Part shown: piece by piece, positions 48,301 through 58,298 of the stretch | Numbering within the stretch: position 1 is the stretch's first letter | How the letters are laid out: every line of letters begins with the position of its first letter | NCBI GenBank assembly: GCA_021781215.1 | Contig: JAJXXC010000004.1 | Coordinates: 2,975-66,974, forward strand | DNA from: a bacterium | Lineage (GTDB): Bacteria; Patescibacteriota; Saccharimonadia; Saccharimonadales; DATKHC01 | Reading direction: 5' to 3' | DNA: 64,000 nt | Notes under the pieces: model-generated | Told to the model about the DNA's origin: nothing | Seen by the model: only the letters and a program-made list of their open reading frames with translations | Databases searched by the model: none | Program-made: the position numbers and the translations under genes

Positions 48301-48797
48301 GTACTCAATTTCCGCTACAGGTTAATGCCCTGGTGGGAGGTCAAACCATTCCAGCAACATGCAGCAACTTTAACCCTACTATGGATCCTAATAACTCTCC
48401 TGCCGTTTCAACTGGCGACTGTACGTTTAGTTACAATACACCAGGAACTACTAACTTAACAGTCGAGGTGATAGACAGCGTCCTCGATACTTCAAGCCCT
48501 TCAAATGCCCTACCAATAACCGTAACAGCACCAGCAAATAATGGCTCTAATGTTATCAGTACCGATAAAAATACTGGCACATCAACAATCGCCGTGTCAT
48601 GGACTCAGAATAGCTCAGACACATATACCTGTACCTTTACGGCTAATGGAGGTTCTCCAGACACAACCTCAACTACCGCCACCAATAGTTGTGAGTCTCC
48701 AGCGATTCCTTACCCAGCAAATACCAGCGTAGTAATCAATGTGTCAGATAATACCACTAGCCAAACTATCTACAATAAGACTGTTGTAACTCCTTAG
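45369..48797 (+). CDS. Class A penicillin-binding protein (GT51 transglycosylase plus transpeptidase) with large insertions and a ~330-aa Thr/Ser/Cys-rich C-terminal region
   Basis: N-terminal TM. GT51 motifs AIEDKNFYHENGVD and GGSTITEQ. Transpeptidase motifs SSFK, SLN and KSGT. 1142 aa. Confidence 0.85.
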   Translation: MSRPKISQNSRSGRSKSKLNQIKSTQLHRNISSKNLTSGFVMPNNFVFRFFKKFEPKNLYNYWFSKKGGLMALKIIGVGLIFGFVSLYVLLALYDSKANLGSNNQALSGNLTIYDSTGKNIIYSEPPAQSTTQENLTSLSQSSRYVQDASIAIEDKNFYHENGVDILAILRSAVHDALTLGTNNIGGSTITEQTVKLDDLRNTNTRTLFAKFSEFFIAIDTNRKFTKQQILTHYLNIAPYGDINGVEAASKQYFGINASKLTIAESALLASIPRDPTYYAPSSGNPYFDRQATTVRMDYVMKLMLDQGYITKAQYAQALKEDPIDLALSQKPIPPVVNLYPNFNSAVIKEISYDQTLSPSNPRYINPSLNINGLKIISTLNMAQQQYVDNAFTANTTTNTRFPGTGVSENIFTNHLNDEAFVAENVPTGQITAMVGSFDEQNPSDTSNFSIKSGSTYTSNGNEYGISTRNGKTVQINSFYNLNCATNQECVQPGSSFKLYDYSALINDPTVNNGNGAGAGSVLYDVPGLITCTTKCAGTQTPANLGWACGQTSNNNCLRDDTGPAEIYGPVTLRYGLGNSLNIPAVKAGAIEGKDSNGVWRAINVADNMMGTNFVNGNKINDYVCIVNNPATGGPEINSQGNYVYSAQACISGEPLIGDQAQISLIDHVNGYATAARLGAEMPYTTILSIINPINNKVLFKYTKPVTTQVINPQTGYIMMNMLSDHNASYMAPLLKDGTGWNIAYKSGTQFEQYNGLVMAASTQYAVGMWVGCPDHCTQNAMVNDGSASNPVYLPGGATQQMEFMTVPIVKDFMLNVALKNLPVTNWTAPAGIQTLPAFCQTKRINSDVPPSNCTNYTDIYPSWYKQSQAAKGGVFDKVSGDLATSCTPALAKTTVGASSNVSIYSIDPFYTVALTGQQSTVNLYNSSKTDPIHLCSDSMPKVTLNSQQNDGTASPSCTAGTCSFNITATQGTHPLTSTQFPLQVNALVGGQTIPATCSNFNPTMDPNNSPAVSTGDCTFSYNTPGTTNLTVEVIDSVLDTSSPSNALPITVTAPANNGSNVISTDKNTGTSTIAVSWTQNSSDTYTCTFTANGGSPDTTSTTATNSCESPAIPYPANTSVVINVSDNTTSQTIYNKTVVTP

Positions 48798-48808
48798 TAA
48801 TTAAAAGG

Positions 48809-49492
48809 TTACTTGTTGTCAATCACTTCTGCGAACAACATCTTACCGGCGGCAGTTTGAAGCGATCTGGAAATTTCAACTCTAACGGTCTTACCGATTG
48901 ATTTAACGGAATTATTTACTACTACCATTGTTCCATCGTCGAGATAGCCAACGGCCTGGGATTGGTTAGAGCCTTTTTGAACTAACTTGATTGTTGCCTG
49001 TTCGCCAGGTAAAATTTCTGGTCGTAATTGCTGCGCCAGCTCATTTACATTCAATACAGTTACACCGCTAATATCTGCAACCTTATTTAAATTATAATCA
49101 GTAGTGTAGAGTGATATATTTAATTTCTTAGCTAACTTAACTAATTTATCATCCGTTTGCATACTGTCATTTAAAAGCATCTTGTTAATAGTTACTATTG
49201 AATTAGGACTATTTTGCAATTCTTTTACTACATCAAGACCGTACCTAGCTCTAGCTCTTTTTCTTGAGTCAGAACCATCTGCTAGCATCTGTAGTTCATG
49301 AATTATGAATTCAGGAATTATCAACTCATCAGGAATAAATCCAGACTTACTAAGTTCGAGAATTCTGCCATCTATCAACCCTGAAGTATCTAAAACTACT
49401 CTGCGGTGACTCTTATTCTTGGGCTTAAAGCCATTTTTAAAAGCTAACATTAATATAATAATTACTAGTAATAATGTGTCTAAAATTGCCAT
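48809..49492 (-). CDS. yacL: PIN/TRAM-domain membrane protein (YacL-like)
   Basis: N-terminal TM, PIN-like VVLDTSGLIDGRI...LADGSD, C-terminal TRAM-like beta region. Lies next to radA, as in Firmicutes. Confidence 0.7.
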   Translation of the reverse strand: MAILDTLLLVIIILMLAFKNGFKPKNKSHRRVVLDTSGLIDGRILELSKSGFIPDELIIPEFIIHELQMLADGSDSRKRARARYGLDVVKELQNSPNSIVTINKMLLNDSMQTDDKLVKLAKKLNISLYTTDYNLNKVADISGVTVLNVNELAQQLRPEILPGEQATIKLVQKGSNQSQAVGYLDDGTMVVVNNSVKSIGKTVRVEISRSLQTAAGKMLFAEVIDNK

Positions 49493-49493
49493 T

Positions 49494-50834
49494 TCACCCT
49501 TTCTTTAAAAATTCGTTTAAAGCAGACTTAATATCCCTTATTTGACGATGCCCCTTAACGCTCTTAGTGCTTTTAAGTCTAGGGCCAATAGTGCCATCAA
49601 ATCCTAATTTTGTGGCTTCGGCAATTCTTTTTTCCATATAGGGGACATGTCTAATCTCGCCAGACAAACCGACTTCGCCAAATACTACTGCGTCAACTGC
49701 CAGCTGCATATTACGACTAGCTGAAGCAATTGCCATACAAATTGCTAGATCAACTGCTGGTTCTGAAATTTTTATTCCGCCGACAATATTAATATAAATA
49801 TCGCTATCGCTTAGATTTAACTTAGTTCTTTTTTCCAGCATGGCTATTAAAAGATTAACTCTATTTAAATCTATGCCGCTGGCAGCTCTTTTAGGGTACC
49901 CATAGCTGGATTTATTAACCAATGCCTGTACTTCAACCAATAGCGGCCTATTGCCTTCAATGGTGGCGAATACGACCGAACCATCACTCGCCTGTCTCTC
50001 AGCCAATAATGCGGCTGATGGATTATCTACAACCTGAAACCCATTTTCATCCATTTCATAAATTCCGGTCTCTTCAGTAGAACCAAAGCGATTTTTAATA
50101 GCTCTAACCAATTTAAGCCCACCGTAACGATCGCCTTCTATTTGAATAACAACGTCGACAATATGCTCTAAGACTTTTGGTCCAGCTATATTGCCCTCCT
50201 TAGTAACGTGACCAACTAGAATAATCGAGCAGTCCTTAGCTTTAGCTACATTAATTAAAAGATTGGCGCTATTAGTAATTTGGCTAACTGATCCGGGGCT
50301 AGTTAGGACATCGTCACAGGCAATAGTTTGGATTGAATCAACTATGACTAACTTATACCCCCCTTCACTAATAGCCTCTACTATCTGATAAGTTGAATTA
50401 GAGTTTGCAATTACCAGATTATCCGAATCAACACCCAGGCGTTTTGCGCGAATACTCACCTGATGAGATGATTCCTCACCACTTACATAAAGAACCGAAT
50501 TATTTTTAGATATAAGGTTAGAAATCTGCATTAATAGTGTGCTTTTACCAATACCGGGCTGGCCGGCTAACAGAGTTACTGACCCTGGCACAATTCCGCC
50601 ACCAAAAATGTTATCTATGTCTTTCATGCCAGAAACTAGTCTGGGCAAATCAGCCTCTAAATTCTTGGCGATAGTAGAGGTAGAAAGCTTTATACCCTTA
50701 GGTGCATTCTTGGTAAATTTAAGTTGTTCCTGTAGAGTATTCCACTCGCCACAGCTATAACACCTACCACTCCAGCTATCTGATTCGGCCCCACAACTGT
50801 TACAAACGAATTGTTTGAAATTCTTCTTTGCCAT
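49494..50834 (-). CDS. radA: DNA repair protein RadA/Sms
   Basis: Zn finger CNSCGAESDSWSGRCYSCGEW, Walker A GQPGIGKST, KNRFG, Lon-like C-terminus. Confidence 0.95.
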   Translation of the reverse strand: MAKKNFKQFVCNSCGAESDSWSGRCYSCGEWNTLQEQLKFTKNAPKGIKLSTSTIAKNLEADLPRLVSGMKDIDNIFGGGIVPGSVTLLAGQPGIGKSTLLMQISNLISKNNSVLYVSGEESSHQVSIRAKRLGVDSDNLVIANSNSTYQIVEAISEGGYKLVIVDSIQTIACDDVLTSPGSVSQITNSANLLINVAKAKDCSIILVGHVTKEGNIAGPKVLEHIVDVVIQIEGDRYGGLKLVRAIKNRFGSTEETGIYEMDENGFQVVDNPSAALLAERQASDGSVVFATIEGNRPLLVEVQALVNKSSYGYPKRAASGIDLNRVNLLIAMLEKRTKLNLSDSDIYINIVGGIKISEPAVDLAICMAIASASRNMQLAVDAVVFGEVGLSGEIRHVPYMEKRIAEATKLGFDGTIGPRLKSTKSVKGHRQIRDIKSALNEFLKKG

Positions 50835-50856
50835 ACTATATATATGATTCTAGCAG

Positions 50857-51834
50857 TTAGTTGGCTGGTACAGTAGCAGAAAGACTATTAATCTCACTAG
50901 ATAATTTATTTTCGGAGATTGCTGTCTGATTTCTTTGAACTACTAAAGCGTTATATTGATTAACCAATGCTTGATAGGTTGCTATTTGACTATTGTATAA
51001 ATTAACAAGGTTATTATATGGGGCTACTAAGTTATTATATTCGACATAGCTGCCGCTATACTTTAGAGAAGCTAATTGTGCTTGTTGATCCTTAATAGTT
51101 GCTAGCTCACTAGACATAGTGGAATACAACGAATCCATTTGAGATTTTAATGCAGCTAGTTGACGATCGTAGTTAGCAATAGCCGTTTCTCGTGCTGTAA
51201 AAACTGATTGATACTGATTCTCGAAATTCACTATTACTTGTCGATTTTTAAAGTATTTTTTGTAATAATTTTCAAGGGCTGGGGGCAAATTGGCAATTTC
51301 CGTGCCCAGTGTTGAGTGCATTTCGTTTTCGATAGCACCGGGTCCTTCAGTTTTTAGATAAGATTGATATTGAGTTCTCAGAAATGGATCATTTACAGAC
51401 AACTTATTATAAGTCGACATTACTAGTTGATTAACTGTTTTTAATTGGCTACCAGATAGCCTAGAATACGCCACATGAAGCATTTCGTAAGCCGCCGTTA
51501 CTTGCTCAACACCGTTTAGAATAGGGTCTTTGATATCATATAAATATATACCTCTGCCGATTACTGTACAGCCCAAAACTACAGCTGCCGGCGTGACCTT
51601 ACAGTGATTATTAAAATTGGCGCTATCTTCAAGTACGGGATGGTAGACATATAACAATCTTTTAGAGTAATTAGTTAATTGGTCTTCTTTAGCGATTGTA
51701 GCAATTGCCGATGGTGGGCTATAGCCATATAGTCTGTATTCATCGTAAAACCACCAACGATTTAGCCACAGTAAATAAAGAGCGACTAATACTAAGATAA
51801 GCAGTATAGGCTTCAGTAACTTTTTGAGCATCAC
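50857..51834 (-). CDS. Hypothetical membrane-anchored protein with Gln/Asn/Tyr-rich coiled-coil C-terminus
   Basis: N-terminal TM helix. The C-terminal third has five consecutive Y-(N/Q)-x-x-x-x-x heptads. No family recognised. Confidence 0.45.
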   Translation of the reverse strand: MMLKKLLKPILLILVLVALYLLWLNRWWFYDEYRLYGYSPPSAIATIAKEDQLTNYSKRLLYVYHPVLEDSANFNNHCKVTPAAVVLGCTVIGRGIYLYDIKDPILNGVEQVTAAYEMLHVAYSRLSGSQLKTVNQLVMSTYNKLSVNDPFLRTQYQSYLKTEGPGAIENEMHSTLGTEIANLPPALENYYKKYFKNRQVIVNFENQYQSVFTARETAIANYDRQLAALKSQMDSLYSTMSSELATIKDQQAQLASLKYSGSYVEYNNLVAPYNNLVNLYNSQIATYQALVNQYNALVVQRNQTAISENKLSSEINSLSATVPAN

Positions 51835-51837
51835 CTA

Positions 51838-54312
51838 CTATTCTACTTGATTTTTGTATGTAAGTTTATTTTTATTTGTACTAACAAGTACTATGCTTCC
51901 ACGATTAACATTATTATCTAATATACCGGTTGTTACATAGTCTTCTATAGTGTCTTGGATTAGTCTCCTGAGTGGTCGAGCGCCGTTTTTTGTATCATAA
52001 CCATTCTCGACTAAATAATTCTTTGCAGAATCTGTTAAATTAACACGTATTCCTCTTTTGATTAGTCTTTGATTGAGTTCTTCTAGCTGCAAATCAATAA
52101 TTTTCTTAATATTAGTCTTAGTCAAAGCTCTAAATACAATTACTTTATCTATTCGATTAATCAACTCGGGTCTTAGTAGTTTTTTAAGTTCGTCTTGAAC
52201 CTTTTGTTTATTAGCTTGATGTAGGGATTCCAAGTCTTTTAGGTCATCTTTAGCTTGAGCGCTAAAACCAAGCGAAACTTCTTTTTGTAGCTTCTCGGCG
52301 CCTAGGTTACTGGTCATTATGATAATCGTATTAGTAAAATCTATCTTTCTACCCTTGGAATCTGTTAGACGACCGTCTTCTAAGATTTGTAATAACATAT
52401 TAAAGACTTCTGGGTGGGCTTTCTCTATCTCATCAAATAACACTAAAGAATATGGCTGACGACGTATTTTGTCTGTTAGTTGCCCGCCGTCGTCATAACC
52501 GACATACCCAGCGGGAGCACCAACTAATCTTGAAACCGTATGACGTTCTCCGAATTCACTCATGTCAATTTTTACCAAGGCATTTTCACTACCAAAAAAT
52601 TCTTTAGCTAAAACTCTGGCAAGCTCGGTTTTACCTACTCCGGTTGGACCAAGAAAAACAAATGAACCCATCGGACGCTTATCGCTACCGACTCCTACTC
52701 GATTACGCCTTACGGCTTTAGAGATGGCTTCTATGGCCTCATCTTGACCAATGACTAATTTACTAAGGGTTTTTTCTAAATTAATAAGATATCTGGCTTC
52801 AGACTTAATAACTCTTTTAACTGGCACGCCAGTAATTCTAGAAACTACTTCCGCAACGTCGTCACTAGACAAAACTATATCTTTGCTGGCTTTTAGATTT
52901 ACTTGAAGCTTCTTCAAATCTTCCTTAATCTGCGAAGCCCGTTGCTTATGAACCGCTGCCCTTTCATAATCTTTCAGTTCAACAGCATCATCAATCCTAG
53001 AATCAATTAATTTTAATTCCTTCTGTAAATTCCTAACTTCCGGTGGAGTTTTAGCTTTATCTATTCTGACATATGCCGCACTCTCATCTATTAAATCAAT
53101 CGCTTTATCTGGAAGAAATCTATCATTAATATATCGTTTAGCAAATGCAGCCGTGTCCTCAATGACTTCATCAGAAATCTTAACGCCATGGAATTGTTCA
53201 TAGTGTTTGCGTATTCCCTTAAGAATCGATACCGTTTCACTTAAACTGGCTTCAGGGACTTGAATAGGCTGAAATCTTCTCTCGAGTGCTGCATCTTTCT
53301 CAATATATTTTGTATATTCAGCGGTTGTTGTAGCACCAATAACTTGCATATCGCCTCTAGCTAATGCCGGTTTTAAGATATTTCCAGCGTCCATTGCTCC
53401 TTCTGCCGCACCGGCACCTACAATCAAATGAAGTTCGTCGATAAACAGAATAATATTCTTGTCTTTTTCTAAATCTGATATAACCTTCTTCAACCGGTCT
53501 TCAAATTCACCTCTATATTTTGTTCCAGCAATCATTCCGGCTAAATCTAATACAATAATTTTTTTATCAAGTAGTGAATCTGGAACATCTTCAGAAACTA
53601 TCCTCTGTGCTAACCCTTCAACAATGGCCGTCTTGCCCACGCCCGGCTCACCTATTAACACTGGATTATTCTTATTTCTTCGGTTAAGGATAGTTAACAG
53701 CCTCTTAATCTGCGGGTCTCTCCCCACTACTGGATCTAGTTTGCCCAGTTTAGCTTTATTGGTTAAATCTGTTCCATAAAAATCTAGTATAGATTTTTTT
53801 GGTTTTTTAGATCTTTTAGCATCCTGTTCGTAATTAAGTGAATCGTCATAATTTTGTCGATTAATAAATTCTCCAAGTTCGGCTAACATTTTATCAATGT
53901 CAACTCCCATATCTCTCAACAATATCGTTCCCCGGGCGTTCTTTTGTACAAGAATGCTTCTTAGAATATGCTCAGTTCCGGTAAACTCTTGATTACTGTC
54001 TAGGGCAAATTCTTGAGCCATTCGAAGTGTTAATTTTGCAGTCTCACTAGGCATTTTAGTACTACCGTCCAAAATTATGGTTTTTGGAATTAGATTCAAA
54101 GATACCCTAGCACTCTCCAGGGACACACCTGCTCCTTCTAGTATTTTGGCCCCCATTGAGTTATCTTGAGCCAGAATCCCTAATAGCAGATGTTCGGTAC
54201 CAATATAAGGACTAGCAAAACTCTTAGCAATTAAATCTGCATGCTTAAGGCTTTGCATAGCATTGTCCGTTAAGTGATTAAGAAAATCTTGGAAATCTGG
54301 TGCTGAATTCAT
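51838..54312 (-). CDS. clpC: ATP-dependent Clp protease ATP-binding subunit ClpC (class I Clp/Hsp100)
   Basis: Double Clp_N repeat, Walker [10 protein letters not shown] and GPTGVGKTE, 824 aa. No long ClpB-type middle domain. Confidence 0.9.
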   Translation of the reverse strand: MNSAPDFQDFLNHLTDNAMQSLKHADLIAKSFASPYIGTEHLLLGILAQDNSMGAKILEGAGVSLESARVSLNLIPKTIILDGSTKMPSETAKLTLRMAQEFALDSNQEFTGTEHILRSILVQKNARGTILLRDMGVDIDKMLAELGEFINRQNYDDSLNYEQDAKRSKKPKKSILDFYGTDLTNKAKLGKLDPVVGRDPQIKRLLTILNRRNKNNPVLIGEPGVGKTAIVEGLAQRIVSEDVPDSLLDKKIIVLDLAGMIAGTKYRGEFEDRLKKVISDLEKDKNIILFIDELHLIVGAGAAEGAMDAGNILKPALARGDMQVIGATTTAEYTKYIEKDAALERRFQPIQVPEASLSETVSILKGIRKHYEQFHGVKISDEVIEDTAAFAKRYINDRFLPDKAIDLIDESAAYVRIDKAKTPPEVRNLQKELKLIDSRIDDAVELKDYERAAVHKQRASQIKEDLKKLQVNLKASKDIVLSSDDVAEVVSRITGVPVKRVIKSEARYLINLEKTLSKLVIGQDEAIEAISKAVRRNRVGVGSDKRPMGSFVFLGPTGVGKTELARVLAKEFFGSENALVKIDMSEFGERHTVSRLVGAPAGYVGYDDGGQLTDKIRRQPYSLVLFDEIEKAHPEVFNMLLQILEDGRLTDSKGRKIDFTNTIIIMTSNLGAEKLQKEVSLGFSAQAKDDLKDLESLHQANKQKVQDELKKLLRPELINRIDKVIVFRALTKTNIKKIIDLQLEELNQRLIKRGIRVNLTDSAKNYLVENGYDTKNGARPLRRLIQDTIEDYVTTGILDNNVNRGSIVLVSTNKNKLTYKNQVE

Positions 54313-54356
54313 TGGCTAAAATCCCCCGTATTTATAAAATGCTTTTTATAATAATG

Positions 54357-54394
54357 AGTATATATAATTAGCACTCACGAGTCAAGAGTGCTAA
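54357..54394 (-). promoter_or_regulatory. Perfect CIRCE (HrcA operator) overlapping the clpC promoter
   Basis: Minus strand reads TTAGCACTC-TTGACTCGT-GAGTGCTAA (54394-54368), an exact consensus match. TTGACT (-35) lies in the spacer, followed by 17 nt and TATACT (54362-54357). Confidence 0.8.
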
Positions 54395-55582
54395 TTATTC
54401 AGCCTGTTCGTTTATTGCGTCGAGAAGAGAGGACTCGAGCTGTTCTTTCTTTTTTAATTTAGGTGTGACAATTTTTGTCTCAACTACATGCTGAGCTGTG
54501 TCTGGTGTATTCTCTACTTCATCAGTCTGAGGATTATTTCGGCCATTGTCAGAATCTATATCTAATTCATAACCAGTTAACTTGCTAGCTAATCTGACAT
54601 TTTGGCCATTTTTACCAATAGCAATACTCAGCTGATCATCTGGTACAAAAACTGTTGCTTTCTTATTCTTTTCATCCAATACCACGTTGCTAACCTTAGT
54701 TGGGCTAAGCGCATTAACAATATATTCTTTTGGATCACTTGACCAAATGATGATATCGATTTTTTCTTGATCACCAATCTCGCTCATAACTGCATTAACG
54801 CGAGTTCCGTGACCGCCAACAAACGTACCGACTGGGTCTACTCCAGGAGCATTACTAGCAACTGCCAGTTTAGTTCTAACTCCGCCTTCTCTTGCAATAT
54901 CCTTAATCTCAACTGAGCCGTTTTCCATCTCAGGAACTTCGTTTCTAAACAACCACTCTACAAAATCTTTATTTCCTCTAGAGACCACTAGTTGAGGTCC
55001 TCTAAAACCTTTTTCAACGTCTTTTAGGAATACTTTTAGTCTTTGACCAGGATAATATCTCTCAGACTGTATCTGTTCACTTTGTGGCATAATTCCTTGC
55101 GCCTTACCTAAATCTACTCGAACAATTCTAGGCTCAACTCTTGCCACTATACCGTTAATAACAGTGCCTATCTTATCCTCATATTCGTTCATAATAATAT
55201 CTCTTTCAGCTTCACGAAGTTTCTGCAAAATTACCTGTTTCGCAGTTTGAGCAGCAACACGACCAAATTGCGATATAGATTGATGCACTTCAACAGTCTC
55301 GTCTAATTTAGCTTCTGAATTAATTTTCTGAGCATCTTTTAGTGAGATTTCTATAAGATCATCCTTAACCTCTGCCACTACGTTTTTAGTAATGTACGCG
55401 TCTACTTGACCGGTGTTAAGGTTCATATTTACACGAACCGCTTGTTCGCGATCTCCAAAATCTTTACGGTATGCAGCTGCCAAAGCCTGTTCGACGGCTT
55501 CTTGAACAATATTTTCCGGTAAATTCTTTTCCTCAGCAATAGTTCCGATAGCCACTGCTAATTGTTTCATGTCTAATTCCAT
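54395..55582 (-). CDS. nusA: Transcription termination/antitermination factor NusA
   Basis: S1 and two KH domains (IGKNGQNVRLASKLTG), acidic tail. No rimP upstream. Confidence 0.95.
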   Translation of the reverse strand: MELDMKQLAVAIGTIAEEKNLPENIVQEAVEQALAAAYRKDFGDREQAVRVNMNLNTGQVDAYITKNVVAEVKDDLIEISLKDAQKINSEAKLDETVEVHQSISQFGRVAAQTAKQVILQKLREAERDIIMNEYEDKIGTVINGIVARVEPRIVRVDLGKAQGIMPQSEQIQSERYYPGQRLKVFLKDVEKGFRGPQLVVSRGNKDFVEWLFRNEVPEMENGSVEIKDIAREGGVRTKLAVASNAPGVDPVGTFVGGHGTRVNAVMSEIGDQEKIDIIIWSSDPKEYIVNALSPTKVSNVVLDEKNKKATVFVPDDQLSIAIGKNGQNVRLASKLTGYELDIDSDNGRNNPQTDEVENTPDTAQHVVETKIVTPKLKKKEQLESSLLDAINEQAE

Positions 55583-55709
55583 TATCTTTTCCTCTCTCTT
55601 TTATGAAGAAAGTCGACCGAGCGGCCGACTTAACAACCTAATAATAACTAATTCTGTATAAATTATCAATGGCGATTGATGCCACGTACAAAAATTACAG
55701 CAAAACAAC

Positions 55710-58298
55710 ATGATAGAATTAAATGTATATATGAATTCAGTTAAAAGGTTATACGGTCAGTTTAGGCCAACAAATTATAAAATCGAAATTAACCCAAACA
55801 TTAAAACCGATACCTTTACTGGTAAGGTTGTTATTTCTGGCACAAAAGTTGGTCCGTCATCCAGCAGAATCACTCTGCATCAACTCGATCTCAGAATTAC
55901 TAATTCAAATGTCATTCTCCATACTAAGACTGAGAACAAGGTTATAAATATTTCGAGAATTAATTACCATCCGAAATTCAACGAACTTAGAATCCATTTC
56001 GACTCAAAGATAAGATCGGGTAAATATACACTGGAACTAGAGTTTAAAGGTAAGATATCGAAAGATTTATCCGGTATGTATATTAGCCAAAATAAAATTG
56101 GCAACAGTGTTAAAAAAATTATTACTACCCAATTTGAAAGTCATTCTGCAAGAGAAGTATTTCCATGTATAGATGAGCCTGAGGCAAAAGCTACTTTTGA
56201 TTTAACTATTATTCACCCATCAGACAAAACTGTTTTGTCCAATACTCAGGTAGTTAAAAACTCTCAACTATCTAAAACTGAGACAAAAACAACATTTGCC
56301 ACAACTCCAATTATGAGCACCTATCTCTTAGCTTTTATCATAGGTGATCTTGAATATAGAGAAAGTAAAACAAAAAATGGAACTGTAGTTAGAAGTTATG
56401 CTACCGGCGATAAAATCGATTACGTAGATTTTAGCCTAGAAGTAGCCGTTAAGTGTATCGATTTTTATAACGATTATTTTGATATACCTTACCCGATTGA
56501 TAAATGTGACTTAATTGCCTTACCCGATTTTGCTAGTGGAGCTATGGAAAATTGGGGATGCATAACTTTCCGAGAGCAAGCTATGTTAGTAGATCCAAAA
56601 AGGACATCTTTAGCTAGCAAACAATATATCGCCACAGTAATTGCTCATGAGTTATCTCATCAGTGGTTCGGAAACCTAGTTACTATGAAATGGTGGACAG
56701 ATCTTTGGTTAAACGAAGGGTTCGCAACTTGGATGGAATACTTTGCAATAGATCATCTATTCCCTGATTGGGGTTTATGGATTCAATTCATAGTTGACGA
56801 GCAACAGGTTGCCTTTAATCTTGACTCTTTAGAGAATACTCACCCAATTGAAGTAAGGGTCAATCACCCGGATGAAATTAGAACAATATTCGATTCTATT
56901 AGTTATTCCAAGGGCGCTTCAGCCATTCATATGCTACACGAATTCGTGGGAGCTGATAGCTTCAGATTAGGTCTTCAAAACTATCTTAAAAAATACTCAT
57001 ATAAAAATACTGACACCAATGACTTATGGAATGCTATAGGCACAGCAGCTAATAAGCCTGTCGCCGAGTTTATGTCTGCGTGGACATCTCAAAAAGGCTA
57101 TCCCATTATTGAATGTAAGACTTCCGAATCTAGAGTTGAGCTTAGCCAAAAAAGATTTAGCTACAAGGCTGATGATTCAATCGATGAACTTTGGCCAGTA
57201 GCCTTAATATCCAAAAATCCGTATTTACCCGAAATCTTAGACCGAAAAGCTCGTAGTTATAGAGGAAAATTTGATGTTATTAAATTAAATAATGGTCAAA
57301 CCGGGTTCTATAGAGTGATTTATGACGATAAAAATCTTCAAAAATTGGGTAGATTAATTCAATCTAAAAAAATGAAAGATGTAGACAGACTCGGCATACT
57401 AAGTGACTTGCTTGAAACTTCAAAGGCCAATATAACTGACATCACTATTGTTCTAAAGTTTCTTGAATTTTACGACGAGGAAACTAGTTATGCTGTGTGG
57501 GATGTAATTTCCCAAATTATCGGAAATGTTAGGCATACTATCTGCGACGAACCATTGAGAGAGAAAATAAAACCATATATTAAAGACTTAATCTCAAATG
57601 AAATGAATCGATTAGGTATAAAACCGATTAAGGACGAAGATCACTTTGATACCCTACTTAGACCCATTATATTAGCCCTTGCAGCAAGTTTAGATGATAG
57701 ATTGGTTGTTGATTTCTGTAATGAACAATTCAAACTGATGGCTAGCAAAAAACCAATCAAAAATGTTAACCCCGACTTCAAATCATTTATTCTGTATACT
57801 GTCGCAAGATTAGGCGGAGTTGAAGAATACGATCAGATGGTTAAGATGCACAATGAATCGAATTTAAGCGAAGAAAGAATGACCCTGACTGCCGCAATAG
57901 CCTCTTTTAAACAACCTGAGTTAATTGATAAAACTCTTAGATTTATATCATCAGAGCATGTCCGATCACAAGACATAGCACACTGGATAGCATATAGTTT
58001 CGGCAATCGGTTCGCTAGAGATAAAACTTGGAAGTGGCTTCAACAAAACTGGAAATGGCTTGAAGATACCATGGGCACCGATTTATCCTTCTTTAGGATG
58101 CCGCTATTCGCCGCACGCGCGTTCACTGATGAAAGATTTATTACCAAATATCGTAATTTTTTCGAGCCAATACTGACTCCCTCATTTGATAGATCATATA
58201 AGCAAGGCTTAGAAATTATCAATATTCAATCTTCATGGAAGAAAAATTCATTTGATAATTTAAAGAAATTTATTGACAGCTACGTGTCATCTAAATAA
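55710..58298 (+). CDS. pepN: M1-family aminopeptidase N (ERAP/F3-like C-terminal domain)
   Basis: GAMENWG exopeptidase motif and HELSHQWFGNLVTMKWWTDLWLNEGFA zinc site. An alternative start at 55731 is possible. Confidence 0.9.
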   Translation: MIELNVYMNSVKRLYGQFRPTNYKIEINPNIKTDTFTGKVVISGTKVGPSSSRITLHQLDLRITNSNVILHTKTENKVINISRINYHPKFNELRIHFDSKIRSGKYTLELEFKGKISKDLSGMYISQNKIGNSVKKIITTQFESHSAREVFPCIDEPEAKATFDLTIIHPSDKTVLSNTQVVKNSQLSKTETKTTFATTPIMSTYLLAFIIGDLEYRESKTKNGTVVRSYATGDKIDYVDFSLEVAVKCIDFYNDYFDIPYPIDKCDLIALPDFASGAMENWGCITFREQAMLVDPKRTSLASKQYIATVIAHELSHQWFGNLVTMKWWTDLWLNEGFATWMEYFAIDHLFPDWGLWIQFIVDEQQVAFNLDSLENTHPIEVRVNHPDEIRTIFDSISYSKGASAIHMLHEFVGADSFRLGLQNYLKKYSYKNTDTNDLWNAIGTAANKPVAEFMSAWTSQKGYPIIECKTSESRVELSQKRFSYKADDSIDELWPVALISKNPYLPEILDRKARSYRGKFDVIKLNNGQTGFYRVIYDDKNLQKLGRLIQSKKMKDVDRLGILSDLLETSKANITDITIVLKFLEFYDEETSYAVWDVISQIIGNVRHTICDEPLREKIKPYIKDLISNEMNRLGIKPIKDEDHFDTLLRPIILALAASLDDRLVVDFCNEQFKLMASKKPIKNVNPDFKSFILYTVARLGGVEEYDQMVKMHNESNLSEERMTLTAAIASFKQPELIDKTLRFISSEHVRSQDIAHWIAYSFGNRFARDKTWKWLQQNWKWLEDTMGTDLSFFRMPLFAARAFTDERFITKYRNFFEPILTPSFDRSYKQGLEIINIQSSWKKNSFDNLKKFIDSYVSSK

